In this document: positions 10,776 through 20,636 of the stretch, piece by piece
Layout: each line of letters begins with the position of its first letter
Position numbering within the stretch: position 1 is the first letter of the stretch
Source: Gammaproteobacteria bacterium
Lineage (GTDB): Bacteria; Pseudomonadota; Gammaproteobacteria; Natronospirales; REEB76
Direction: 5' to 3'
NCBI GenBank assembly: GCA_049591455.1
Contig: JBAWFA010000015.1
Coordinates: forward strand, 75,143-139,142
Length of the DNA: 64,000 nt
The notes under the pieces: generated by a model
What the model saw: the letters and a program-made list of their open reading frames with translations, nothing else
Databases searched by the model: none
Told to the model about the DNA's origin: nothing
Program-made: the position numbers and the translations under genes

Positions 10776-12917
10776 TTATTTCAACCCACGATCTTCCAGC
10801 ATCGGCTCGATGATGGGGTCGCGGCCGCGCCAGTCGCGGTACACCTTCGCCAGGTCCTCGGTATTGCCACGCGACAACACCATCTCGCGGAAGCGGTCAC
10901 CGTTGGCGCGCGTCAGGCCGCCGTGTTCCTGGAACCAGCCGTAGCCGTCATCCGCCAGCATCTGTGTCCATGAATAGGCATAGTAACCCGCCGCATAGCC
11001 GTTGGCCCAGATGTGCAGAAAGTAGCTGGAGCGATAGCGGGTAGGCACTTCCGGCATGTACAGATGGGTCCTTTTCAGTGCCGCGGTTTCGAACCGGTCC
11101 ACATTCTGCAACGGTGCGCTGGCCGGCAGCAAGTGCCACTGCATGTCGAGATCTGCAGCGGCCAGTGCTTCGGTCATGTTGTAACCCATGTTAAAAACCC
11201 GGGCCTTGCGAACCTTGTCCACCAGTTCCTGTGGCATGGGCTGGCCGGTCTTGTAATTGACGGCATAATGCGCCAGCACTTTGGGATTGAGCGCCCAGTG
11301 CTCGTTAAACTGCGAAGGGAATTCCACGAAGTCGCGCGCGGTATTGGTACCCGACAGGCTCGGATATTCCTGATCCGCGAAAAAGCCGTTCAGGGCGTGG
11401 CCGAACTCGTGGAACATGGTGATCACGTCATCCATGCTGATCAATGCGGGCTGGCCGGGTGCCGGCTTGGTGAAGTTCGCAACGTTGTAGATCACCGGTA
11501 ACTGGCCCAGCAGTTTGGATTGGGTGACCATGTTATCCATCCAGGCGCCACCCGACTTGTTGTCGCGCTTGAAGTAATCGCAATAGAACAAGCCCAATGG
11601 TTTATCGTCTGCGTCGTACACCTCGAACACGCGCACATCCGGTTGATACACCGGGATGTCGTGACGTTCCTTGAAGGTCAGGCCGTACAGCTGATTGGCC
11701 GCATAGAACAAGCCGTTCCCCAGCACGTTGTTCAGTTCCAGATACGGTTTGACTTCGGATTCATCCAGCGCATATTTCTGCCTGCGCAACTGCTCGGCAT
11801 AAAACTCCCAGTCCCACGGTTCGAGCTTGAACTTGCCGCCATCCTTATAGATCAGCTTCTGGAGCTCAGCCGCCTCTTCCTGCGCCTTGCGGGTGGCGGC
11901 AGGAATCAGCTGATTGAGGAATTTATCAACATTCGCGGGCGTCTTGGCCATCTGATCCTGGAGTTTCCAGGCGGCGAAATCCGGATAGCCCAGGAGCTTG
12001 GCCTGCTCGGCACGAATCTTGGCAAGCCTCGCGACGATGTTACGCGTGTCGTTGGCGTCACCACGCTCAGTGCGCATCCACGAAGCCTCAAACAATTTCT
12101 CACGTGTGGCGCGATTCGTCAGGGATTGCAGATCAGGCTGTTGAGTGGTGTTCTGCAGCGGGATCACCCATTTACCGTCCAAGCCACGGGCCTTGGCGGC
12201 CTGAGCTGCTGCATCCAGCTCGCCCTGCGAGAGACCGGCGAGTTCGTCCTTGTTGCCAACCACCAGCGCGCCTGCCTTGGTACCGGCCAGCAGCTTGTTG
12301 ACAAACTGTGCGCTGAGTATCGCTTTCTCCTCATTCAGTTTCTTGAGTTTGGCCTTGTCCGCTGGCGATAACTTGGCGCCCGCCAGCACGAACTCCTGAT
12401 AGTAATACTCAATCAAGCGGTGAGATTCCGGATCCAGCTTGAGCGTGTTACGTTGCTTGTAAATCGTCTGGATGCGTTTGAACAGTTTGGCATTCAAATA
12501 AATCGCGTCCTGATTTGCGGCCAACATGGGCGCTTCCATCTCCTGCACTTTCTGCAACTCGGGATCGGTATTGGCGCCGGTGAGCACGTTGAACGCCTGG
12601 TTCACGCGGGTCAGCAACTGACCACTCTTTTCCAGCGCCACCAGCGTGTTCTGGAACGTCGGCGGGGCAGTATTGTTGGCAATCTTGTTCACCTCGGCGA
12701 GCTGCTGCTTCATGCCTGCTTCAAAAGCCGGCTGAAAATCGCTGTCCTTGATCTTGTCAAAAGGCGGCGCCTGGAACGGCAGCGTGCTGGGCGCAAAGAA
12801 GGGGTTGGTCTTGGCAGGATCAGTCGGGGGCATGGAGGTATTCTCGCTGGCAAAAGTCATGGTGGACGCGCCAAAGGCCAGCGCACCGATAAGAGTAAAC
12901 GTCACAGTGCGTAACAT
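10776..12917 (-). CDS. dcp: M3 family peptidyl-dipeptidase (Dcp-like), secreted
   Basis: 713 aa with a signal peptide and the HEFGH zinc motif (TMFHEFGHALNG). Length and flanking conservation are typical of Dcp. Confidence 0.85.
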   Translation of the reverse strand: MLRTVTFTLIGALAFGASTMTFASENTSMPPTDPAKTNPFFAPSTLPFQAPPFDKIKDSDFQPAFEAGMKQQLAEVNKIANNTAPPTFQNTLVALEKSGQLLTRVNQAFNVLTGANTDPELQKVQEMEAPMLAANQDAIYLNAKLFKRIQTIYKQRNTLKLDPESHRLIEYYYQEFVLAGAKLSPADKAKLKKLNEEKAILSAQFVNKLLAGTKAGALVVGNKDELAGLSQGELDAAAQAAKARGLDGKWVIPLQNTTQQPDLQSLTNRATREKLFEASWMRTERGDANDTRNIVARLAKIRAEQAKLLGYPDFAAWKLQDQMAKTPANVDKFLNQLIPAATRKAQEEAAELQKLIYKDGGKFKLEPWDWEFYAEQLRRQKYALDESEVKPYLELNNVLGNGLFYAANQLYGLTFKERHDIPVYQPDVRVFEVYDADDKPLGLFYCDYFKRDNKSGGAWMDNMVTQSKLLGQLPVIYNVANFTKPAPGQPALISMDDVITMFHEFGHALNGFFADQEYPSLSGTNTARDFVEFPSQFNEHWALNPKVLAHYAVNYKTGQPMPQELVDKVRKARVFNMGYNMTEALAAADLDMQWHLLPASAPLQNVDRFETAALKRTHLYMPEVPTRYRSSYFLHIWANGYAAGYYAYSWTQMLADDGYGWFQEHGGLTRANGDRFREMVLSRGNTEDLAKVYRDWRGRDPIIEPMLEDRGLK

Positions 12918-13050
12918 CAGCTATTCCTCGTACTGGTTGGGCTGGCCGGTCGCCCGGCACGGGATGCGCACTTTACCCGCAGACGCGTTGCAGGCCAAGA
13001 GCTGCCTTAGTACCCAGGTCCATCAGACAAATAAGGAATGACACAACCGG

Positions 13051-13662
13051 TTATGGCGCGGATTGCAACGGCCAGCGTCCGAGGACGCGATGCTCGGTTC
13101 GGCCAAGCAGACTGTGGATCAGGACAAATTCGCTCACCGTCCAGCGGATGGGCTCGATGGATTGCGGTTTCAGCTCTTTATCATCGTAAAGCAAAGTGAC
13201 GTGTGGCGTGTACGCATTTTCAACTAAACGCCCTAATCCGAAAACCGCCATGCATTCGCCTATTTCCCATCGGAGCGCGTGCAAGGGCTGAAGGTCCGCG
13301 CTGCTGAGTAACACAAAAGGACGGTTGCGGGGCTGACGGGAAAAGCTCGATACCTTGTCGAAGGCCACGTCGAACACGGAGCATTTGACCCGATTGCCCG
13401 CCGCTTTGGCCGAGACAACCACATCCTGCGGCAATCCTGCGTAATCGCCGAGGTGATGCAGTGTCACATGCAGGCGTTCCGGCCGCAACGGTTTGCCGCG
13501 TAAATATTTTTCACTGAGCAGTGCTCGCGCCAGTGCCGTGATACGCGCCGCCGTACCTGGGTCGGGAAAAATTGCGAAAAACAGCCGGTCGGTCGGCTGC
13601 GCTGGTTCGAGGCCACCCAGCGAGAGTTGGATATCGGATAATAATGGATTATCGGGTTTCAC
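13051..13662 (-). CDS. 2H phosphoesterase / 2'-5' RNA ligase (LigT) family protein
   Basis: Two HxT/S motifs (LHVTLHHLG and PHVTLLYD), 203 aa. Confidence 0.75.
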   Translation of the reverse strand: MKPDNPLLSDIQLSLGGLEPAQPTDRLFFAIFPDPGTAARITALARALLSEKYLRGKPLRPERLHVTLHHLGDYAGLPQDVVVSAKAAGNRVKCSVFDVAFDKVSSFSRQPRNRPFVLLSSADLQPLHALRWEIGECMAVFGLGRLVENAYTPHVTLLYDDKELKPQSIEPIRWTVSEFVLIHSLLGRTEHRVLGRWPLQSAP

Positions 13663-13718
13663 GACGTTATTGTTGCTCTGCTTGCCTTATACTCCAACAT
13701 CAACAGGAAGGGGTGCCA

Positions 13719-13871
13719 GTGGCCAAGATTAACTATCAATTCGACAAGCGGCAGCGCGACTTGGCCAGGAAGAAGAAACAAGACGACAAACGCGCGAAGA
13801 AACTGGCCAAGAAAACCGCGGCCGCGTCCCCCGAAGACACCGCGACGATACCGCAAGACGAAACCGTTTAG
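13719..13871 (+). CDS. Small highly basic hypothetical protein (50 aa)
   Basis: GTG start preceded by AGGAAGGGG. (V)AKINYQFDKRQRDLARKKKQDDKRAKKLAKK... No family recognised. Confidence 0.3.
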   Translation: MAKINYQFDKRQRDLARKKKQDDKRAKKLAKKTAAASPEDTATIPQDETV

Positions 13872-13906
13872 TGAGTGCCGCAAAAATTGAACCGGATCCC
13901 TTCACC

Positions 13907-14101
13907 TCAGGTGTCGTCTTCCTGTGAGACTTCGACGCCCGGCGTCCCGACTTCGTCAACGACAACCGCGACATCCATGGGCCGGCAGCACACCTGGCAG
14001 TCTTCTATATAGCGCTGGTTCTCCACCGAACAATCTACGATGATCTCGATGGTTTCCCCGCAGTAGGGGCATTGGATGGTGACTGGTTCGGTGCCGCTCA
14101 C
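13907..14101 (-). CDS. CPXCG-motif cysteine-rich small protein
   Basis: 64 aa, IQCPYCGETIEIIVDCS...YIEDCQVCCRPM, matching the CPXCG zinc-ribbon small-protein family pattern. Confidence 0.7.
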   Translation of the reverse strand: MSGTEPVTIQCPYCGETIEIIVDCSVENQRYIEDCQVCCRPMDVAVVVDEVGTPGVEVSQEDDT

Positions 14102-14161
14102 TTTCGATTACCTTTTAATGACAACTATCTGGACTGGGCCTATCCCCTGCGCTGAGTGCGC

Positions 14162-14662
14162 TCAGCGCTTGGCGACAGCCGCCATCAAAACGGCCCGACG
14201 CTCAAGACTTGCCTTGGGCCAATAGACATCACGGTCGTAATACTCTGCAACTGCGGGTTTGCCGGCAGGCAACACGACCCAAGGCTGTTTGGAGGAAGTG
14301 AAGATGTGGATGTCCGGCGGCAGGCGATCCGGTTCATCGAGCGTGCCGACCCGCACAAAACGGATGGCATCACCCGCTCCGGCGTAATTGCTCCAAAGCG
14401 CAATATGGCACACCGGACAGCGGCTGATCTTCTGTCCCTTGCCGCTATTCGATGGCGTATTGACGACATCAATTTCACCCTTCGACAAGATTACTCGATC
14501 CGCTTCAATCATGGCGTTCAGTACAAACGCTGATCCTGTTTCGCGCTGACACCAGCGGCAATGGCAGCAATGCACGAACAGTGGTTTGCTGATCATGCGA
14601 TAGCGCACCGCACGGCAGGTGCAGCCGCCTTCGAAGACTTGATTATTATACGTAGCCATCAA
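14162..14662 (-). CDS. GFA family protein (second paralogue)
   Basis: 166 aa, GGCTCRAVRYR...HCCHCRWCQRETGSAF...CPVCH. Confidence 0.8.
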   Translation of the reverse strand: MMATYNNQVFEGGCTCRAVRYRMISKPLFVHCCHCRWCQRETGSAFVLNAMIEADRVILSKGEIDVVNTPSNSGKGQKISRCPVCHIALWSNYAGAGDAIRFVRVGTLDEPDRLPPDIHIFTSSKQPWVVLPAGKPAVAEYYDRDVYWPKASLERRAVLMAAVAKR

Positions 14663-14669
14663 CTAAGTT

Positions 14670-15422
14670 TTAATGTCCGGCATATGCCCGCTCAAACGTT
14701 TCGCCATTCGCAACCCTGGTAAGCAACCGTGTTACGGCGGAACTACCGCCTCGGCTTGCCATCCACTCTGCCACGCGGCATCCCGCTTGTGCGTAGATGA
14801 ATGGATACTCGCTTGCTTCCTCAATCCATTTCGTCTTGTCGGCAGGTAAATCCTCGGTGAATTCATGTCGGCAACCGTTCTGGCCAGAGCTTGCCAACGC
14901 GGTAAACTCTGGCGCACCCGACACCACCACTGCGACACCCTCATCAAACCATGCCGGCACCGCACCCATAAGTGAATGATACAAGCCGATACGGCCTGAA
15001 ACTTCCATAAGAGACAGCTCGTGCGAGATATCGATCACGTTGATGCCTTTTGGTCCCAACAGCAGCACATATGACCCGACTGAACCAGTAGCGGCATCAT
15101 TTCCACCGAATCTGCCGATGCACTCCTGTGTTGCGCAAATCAGTATCCGTGGGTGATTTCCGATATTCCCATAGAACTCACGAATGTGATCATATGCAAG
15201 TGTCAGATTGCGCTTCACCAACGACTGCTCTTCATCAGTCATCCCGCGTTGCACATACACTTTTTCTGCACTTTTCTCAAAGCCATAACATTGCGGACAC
15301 ACGGCGGCAGCTACAGGCTTTACTCTCCAAGCAAGTACGCCGAAACACACTGCCGATAAGACCAGGGCCAAAATCAATAGCCTGATTACCCATGAGATCG
15401 CGTTGGCAATTATTGAATTCAT
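14670..15422 (-). CDS. Hypothetical membrane-anchored protein
   Basis: Start moved to MNSIIANAISWVIRLLILALVLSAV (TM anchor). The upstream part of ORF 14670-15551 is out of frame with an overlapping GFA-like fragment. No family recognised (HELSL, not a true HExxH). Confidence 0.5.
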   Translation of the reverse strand: MNSIIANAISWVIRLLILALVLSAVCFGVLAWRVKPVAAAVCPQCYGFEKSAEKVYVQRGMTDEEQSLVKRNLTLAYDHIREFYGNIGNHPRILICATQECIGRFGGNDAATGSVGSYVLLLGPKGINVIDISHELSLMEVSGRIGLYHSLMGAVPAWFDEGVAVVVSGAPEFTALASSGQNGCRHEFTEDLPADKTKWIEEASEYPFIYAQAGCRVAEWMASRGGSSAVTRLLTRVANGETFERAYAGH

Positions 15423-15424
15423 TA

Positions 15425-15532
15425 TTATTTGTCTGTCTTCGTAAACTGCAACTTGTCGCTCTTGCGATAGCGCACCGACTTGCAGGTGCAGGCTCCTCCG
15501 AAACTGTGATTGTTGTCGTTGGTAGTCATCAT
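15425..15532 (-). pseudogene. Truncated 5' fragment of a GFA-family gene (35 codons then TAA)
   Basis: Manual translation gives MMTTNDNNHSFGGACTCKSVRYRKSDKLQFTKTDK*. Compare the intact neighbour MMATYNNQVFEGGCTCRAVRYRMIS... DNA similarity runs from the start codon to about 15462. Confidence 0.7.
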
Positions 15533-15649
15533 GCATTTCTGCCGGAGCCAAAGAGCATTAAAACAAAAATGATTTTTGTTTCCTACGCCCTCTGCCCTAG
15601 TGGAAGACTGTTAGGGTGAGGGGGTACCATATTTTTGCAAGCTCGGATT

Positions 15650-16522
15650 TTACCCCTTAGCATCCAATTGTCGTACGCTATACGCAGAACGCTTCTCCAG
15701 GATCACCAACGCGATGCCGCCCAGGATGGCGATGGATGCCAATACCAAGCGCAGGCTGATATGCTCGCCCAGCAGTAGCACGCCGCCCAGGGCCGCGATC
15801 ACCGGGACGCTGAGTTGCACCGTGGCGGCGCTGGTGGCTTTCAATGCAGGCAATACCGTATACCAGATTGCGTATCCCAGTCCCGACGTCAACGCGCCCG
15901 ACGCCACCGCATACCAGAATCCGTCGGCTTCCATGGATATTCCCTTGAACGTCGCGGCGCTCAACACAATCGCAATCGGCACCGTGCGCAGGAAATTGCC
16001 TGCGGTCACTGCGATGGGATTGCCCGCGCCCCGGCCGCGCAAGGAATAGACACCCCAGGCCACACCGGCACCCAGCATCAATACAGAACCCAACAGCGAC
16101 GGTGCCGTGACACCTGGCAACAACAGACCGATCAGCCCCGCGAATGCCAGAATAAGACCGGCGAGTTGTATGTAGCGCAGGCGTTCGCCTGTCCAGATTC
16201 CATAGCCGATCATGGTGGCCTGGACAGCGCCGAACAGCAGCAAAGCGCCAGTGGATGCCGGCAAGGTGATATAGGCATACGAAAATCCGGCGGCGTAGAT
16301 GAATAATGCTGCTGCGGATCGCCAACTGCCTTTGCCAACGCGGGAGCCGCGCCTGATTTGCACGATCAACCACAGCATCAGGGCTCCGGAAATCAAGCGG
16401 ATGGTCGTGAAACTGGCGGCATCGATGTCGGAATGTCCAAGCGCGGCCCGGCAAAGCAGGGAATTGCCCGCGAAGGCGATCATGGTCAGCGCAGTGAGTA
16501 AAAGCACACGCGCGTAGGACAT
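15650..16522 (-). CDS. DMT superfamily transporter (EamA-like)
   Basis: 290 aa, about 10 TM, two EamA-type repeats. Confidence 0.8.
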   Translation of the reverse strand: MSYARVLLLTALTMIAFAGNSLLCRAALGHSDIDAASFTTIRLISGALMLWLIVQIRRGSRVGKGSWRSAAALFIYAAGFSYAYITLPASTGALLLFGAVQATMIGYGIWTGERLRYIQLAGLILAFAGLIGLLLPGVTAPSLLGSVLMLGAGVAWGVYSLRGRGAGNPIAVTAGNFLRTVPIAIVLSAATFKGISMEADGFWYAVASGALTSGLGYAIWYTVLPALKATSAATVQLSVPVIAALGGVLLLGEHISLRLVLASIAILGGIALVILEKRSAYSVRQLDAKG

Positions 16523-16573
16523 GTATTACTCTTTTACAGGGTGACGTGGAACCGCCCGCTGTTCCCGTAAGCC

Positions 16574-17170
16574 TCACAATTGCATGTAGATATAACCCTG
16601 CTGGCCGTAGATCACCGCATCGGTGAGAGCCGATAGAGTGATGGTGACATCCGGGTTTACCGCGCTGTCGGGTAAATTGCTCTCGGCCAAACCCTGGCCA
16701 CAAATCAGCAGATTAACTCCGGCTTTCTTGAGCGCATGCACGATGGCCAGATTCGGATTATCACCATTGAAGCGGTGACGGTAAAAAGCATTGGTCAAAG
16801 CCGCATAACCCGACTTGCTGTCGAACAGCGCCACTATATGCACGTGCTCTGCTGGCACTTTGGCGTAGGCCATCAGGTTGACCAGCCGGGACAGGCGCAC
16901 CAGCGCGTCGTAATGCCCTGCCGGATCTCGATCATCACTGATGATATCCACAAAAATTTTGTAATCCACTTTCGGGTCCGGGCGCACCGGCAGATCAGGG
17001 CGCGGATGCACACCGCCGACGCCAGGAATCACCGGATAAATCCATTCTGGTCCCGATGACGCCTTTGGTGCCGCCTGCGCCGGCATGGTCACCATCGCCA
17101 GCAGTAGACCGGCCGCCAGTGTACCGCCCAGGGAGACAGCAAAACGCCAATGACTGTCTACGACTCTCAT
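16574..17170 (-). CDS. Secreted DsrE/DsrF-like family protein
   Basis: Signal peptide. The C-terminal ~130 aa (KIFVDIISDD...LLICGQGL...GYIYMQL) resembles COG1416 DsrE-like proteins. Assignment is from memory of the family pattern only. Confidence 0.45.
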   Translation of the reverse strand: MRVVDSHWRFAVSLGGTLAAGLLLAMVTMPAQAAPKASSGPEWIYPVIPGVGGVHPRPDLPVRPDPKVDYKIFVDIISDDRDPAGHYDALVRLSRLVNLMAYAKVPAEHVHIVALFDSKSGYAALTNAFYRHRFNGDNPNLAIVHALKKAGVNLLICGQGLAESNLPDSAVNPDVTITLSALTDAVIYGQQGYIYMQL

Positions 17171-17273
17171 GATTAAATCTCCTTAGTTGATTGTTAAAGC
17201 GGCCTTTCAGCCGCATGATCCCCTTTGAAACAGATTGCGTCCATACCAGCCGGCAGAGCGCCTGCGTGTTTGG

Positions 17274-18341
17274 CTAATCATTGACATAGACAAACTTCGG
17301 GTCCTTCAGATACATCTCGAGATTCGTGGGGTGGTAATTTGAGTCCTGCCTGTCGAAACGGGCTTTTACCGATTCGTGGATGCCCTGGTTGGTATTGGGA
17401 GCAGGTAGCGGCTGCTTAAGGACGATCTTGCGGACACCAGCGCCAAACCAGCTGAGTACCTTGAACACGCCCGTCACAGAATTGTGCAATACATCGAAAG
17501 GATTCGGTTTCGGACATTGTTGCTGGTCCAGTCTCAGTCCCGCTTGCTCCGCCCGCCGCCACATCCAGGCGAGTGTGTCGTTGGACAAGCCGTCTTCTTT
17601 GTAACCCCCGCCCACATCGCAATGCACGCCCGCGAACCAGGCTTGTTCCAGCACTTGCGTCGCCGGTGCATCCACCTGCTGGGTCCATATACACGGCACG
17701 AAGGTACTGCGGCGTTCGTCCACTGCCAGCGCCTGATAGGCGTAATGCGTGAAGGTACTCAGGTCCGTGTCGTGGAAACGTTCCACCAGCGCTTCCACGC
17801 GCGTGTCGGGGATACCTAAAGAACCTACCGTGTCCCAAACGCCGATGAAATGGATAATGAAATCGTGTGGCTCCGCGAATTCCGGCCATGAATAGGCCTG
17901 GCGGTAATTGCGCGAATGCACCGCGCGCGGATGAGTCTCCAGTCCACGACTGATATATAAAGCGTAAGCTTCCTTGATACGGCTGTAATTTTCCGGCCGC
18001 AGAATGCCAGCACTGCGTATCAGCCCCGAGAGGCTGCGCACCGTGTAGGCGCCGCGGCTGAAACCGAACAGATATAGCTTGTCACCCGGCTGGTAATTCA
18101 GTACCAAGTAGCCGTAGAGATCCTGGACGTTTTCGCTCAGACCCGCGCCGGTGGCACCACTCAGCACACGCCACGCTTGCATACCTTCCGAACCCAGTCC
18201 GATCTGGTAGCAGGAGAGTTGTGGATTACCAGACGCATCCTGCGGCAACAGCGCCGCCTGAAGTTTGACTACATTGGTGGGATTGGCGGCTTCATTGCTC
18301 TCCCAGGTACCGTCCGCAAAAATCGCGATATTTCTGGCCAT
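17274..18341 (-). CDS. DUF2235 (Tle1-like alpha/beta hydrolase) domain protein
   Basis: MARNIAIFADGTW...NPTNVVKL...YLFGFSRGAYTVRSL (GxSxG nucleophile elbow)...HCDVGGGY, the canonical DUF2235 motifs. Confidence 0.7.
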   Translation of the reverse strand: MARNIAIFADGTWESNEAANPTNVVKLQAALLPQDASGNPQLSCYQIGLGSEGMQAWRVLSGATGAGLSENVQDLYGYLVLNYQPGDKLYLFGFSRGAYTVRSLSGLIRSAGILRPENYSRIKEAYALYISRGLETHPRAVHSRNYRQAYSWPEFAEPHDFIIHFIGVWDTVGSLGIPDTRVEALVERFHDTDLSTFTHYAYQALAVDERRSTFVPCIWTQQVDAPATQVLEQAWFAGVHCDVGGGYKEDGLSNDTLAWMWRRAEQAGLRLDQQQCPKPNPFDVLHNSVTGVFKVLSWFGAGVRKIVLKQPLPAPNTNQGIHESVKARFDRQDSNYHPTNLEMYLKDPKFVYVND

Positions 18342-18468
18342 CTGCTACTCCTGCCCGTGGCCTAGCCCCGATGATTAAAGATAGCACTGTACAGCGAAAT
18401 CTCCATATGCAAACGGAACGCCAAATAAGCGGCGCAGTGTAGGTAGCAAAGCCTGATACAAGTACTGT

Positions 18469-20484
18469 TCAGGAACCGAGGTACTTGACCACCCACTCGT
18501 TGATGGCTTGGTAGTACAGCTCGCGGTGCACCGGGTCCTGCGGCGAGTGGTGCGCGCCGGGGATGCCGATGAACTTCACCGGCACGTTGCGGCTAGCAAG
18601 TGCATGATAGAGCGCGAACGATTCGGTGATCGGCACGGTGGTGTCGTCGGTGCCCGAAAGGATCAGCGTCGGCGTCGTGATGTCGCCGGCGTAGGTAATG
18701 GGCGAGCCGTTGCGGTACAACGCGGCGCTGTCCTTGTCCCACGGGCCGCCGCCCAGTGAGTCGCGCGTCCAGGCCAGGTTACCGGCGGCAGAGAGTTCGT
18801 ATTCCTCGGTCCAGTCCACCGCACCGTCGGCCACCACCGCGCAGCGCCAGAAGTGCTGATGCGAGATCAGCCAGGCCGTCATGTACCCGCCGTAGGAGTG
18901 GCCGACCGCGGCGATGCGGGATTCATCCACGAGGCCATCCTTTTCCAGCTTCTTGATGCCCGAGATCACGTCGCTGTCCGGACCGTTGCCGGGATCGCGG
19001 AAGATCGCATGCACGTGCGCGTTGCCGAGATTGTCGCTGCCGCGGTAGTTGGGTTCGAATACCAAGTACCCGTCCGCCGCAAACAGGTCGCGCAGCGGGC
19101 CAATCTCATTGGTGTCAAAGCCTTTGCTCGAAGAGGCTTGCGGGCCGCCGTGGCTATACACCACCAGCGGGTAGCGTTTGCCCGACGTGTAACCGTTGGG
19201 ATAGGTCAGGATGCCGTCGTTGAACTGCCCATCCGGTGCGCGCCACTGCACCTCGATGCTGCGCGGCCATGTATAGGAAGCAAACCGGCTGTTGAAATCA
19301 GTCAGGCGTGCCGGACGGCCGTCCACTGTGCGCAGCAGATACAGCTCCGGTGCCTGCGTGGCACTGTCGGCGACGAAGGCCAGTGCGCCCTGAGACGAGA
19401 TGGCCATGCTCAGTGCATTCATTCCTTCCAGATTCAGCACATGGCCTTTGCCATGCAGCGGCTGAACATAGGCATTCACACCGACGTAATCATCCGCCAT
19501 CACCACCACGCCGCTGCCGTCGGGCAGCCAGGCGAAATCGGCGAGCAGGTTGCGGTCCAGATCGGCGCTGATGTCGCGTGCTGCGCCGCCGTTAGGCGAG
19601 CCGATGAACAGGTCCATGTCGCTGACCGCGCCCGGTCCATGTATATATAGATAAGCGATGGCATCGCCCCGCGGTGCGAAGCGCGGCGTGTACTCATAAC
19701 TGAGTTTGTCTGTGATCGGATGCTCGTCGCCACTCGCCACATTCACCGCGACGATGCGCGTACGGTCAGAATCGCTGTCGTTGGCGTTGGCCTGCTGGGT
19801 GTACACAATCCAATGGCTATCCGCCGACCACGCGGGTGCCGAGACGCCTCCGCCGAACGGCGGTGCCGCCTCCAGCACGCTGGTATCGCCATGCGTCAAC
19901 TGACGCGCCTTGCCGCTCTTCACCTCAAGCAGCCAGATGTGCGAGGGCACGGCCGGCTTGCTGATCAGATAGTCGTCGTCATGGATGATGAAGAGATCAT
20001 GGTGGGTGCGCCGATCCTTCTTGCTCAGCGGCGAATCATCCGGGGTGACATACGCGATCGCGCTCCCGTCCGGGCTCCAGGCGAACTGCTGGACGCCATT
20101 GTCCGCATCGCTGAGTTCCTCCGGCGTGCCACCCGCCGCCGACACTGTATATATCTGAGCTTTGCGCTTGCCCACCTTGGCCGTAAACGCGAGGGTCTTT
20201 CCATCCGGCGACCAGCGCGGCATCTTCATATCCTTCATACCCCGTGCCAGCACTTGTGATTTACCGTCGGCGATATTCATCACGCGCAATGCCGCATCGT
20301 AGCGGTCGTGAACGAAGTCCGAGCGTACCGTCATGAACGCGATCTGCTTGCCGTCGGGCGAAAACCGCGGCGAGTCAATCCGCACCAGCGACCGGTAATC
20401 CCGCAACTGGATCGTCATAGAAGCTGCCGAGGCAGCCAAAGGCGCGAGCGCAAGCAGCAGGCAGGCATAAGCGAAACGTTTCAT
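18469..20484 (-). CDS. S9 family serine peptidase (beta-propeller + prolyl-oligopeptidase catalytic domain), secreted
   Basis: 671 aa with a signal peptide, TolB-like propeller repeats (SPDGK), nucleophile GHSYGGY, then D and H downstream. Confidence 0.85.
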   Translation of the reverse strand: MKRFAYACLLLALAPLAASAASMTIQLRDYRSLVRIDSPRFSPDGKQIAFMTVRSDFVHDRYDAALRVMNIADGKSQVLARGMKDMKMPRWSPDGKTLAFTAKVGKRKAQIYTVSAAGGTPEELSDADNGVQQFAWSPDGSAIAYVTPDDSPLSKKDRRTHHDLFIIHDDDYLISKPAVPSHIWLLEVKSGKARQLTHGDTSVLEAAPPFGGGVSAPAWSADSHWIVYTQQANANDSDSDRTRIVAVNVASGDEHPITDKLSYEYTPRFAPRGDAIAYLYIHGPGAVSDMDLFIGSPNGGAARDISADLDRNLLADFAWLPDGSGVVVMADDYVGVNAYVQPLHGKGHVLNLEGMNALSMAISSQGALAFVADSATQAPELYLLRTVDGRPARLTDFNSRFASYTWPRSIEVQWRAPDGQFNDGILTYPNGYTSGKRYPLVVYSHGGPQASSSKGFDTNEIGPLRDLFAADGYLVFEPNYRGSDNLGNAHVHAIFRDPGNGPDSDVISGIKKLEKDGLVDESRIAAVGHSYGGYMTAWLISHQHFWRCAVVADGAVDWTEEYELSAAGNLAWTRDSLGGGPWDKDSAALYRNGSPITYAGDITTPTLILSGTDDTTVPITESFALYHALASRNVPVKFIGIPGAHHSPQDPVHRELYYQAINEWVVKYLGS

Positions 20485-20636
20485 GGAAATCTCCTATGAA
20501 ATGGCTTTGAAGGCAGACTGTGCATTATCATTGCCAGAAACCCTATTCTCCCGAATTCCGACTTGCACGGACTCGCGGAAGTTCCCGGAAACGGAGCCGG
20601 TTCAGTTTGACAACTGTTCTTCGCCCCCCCTGCTTC

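Noticed and set aside
14670-15422. HELSL in the membrane-anchored hypothetical protein as a zinc-metalloprotease HExxH motif
   Set aside because: The second histidine is absent (H-E-L-S-L), so no protease call is made.
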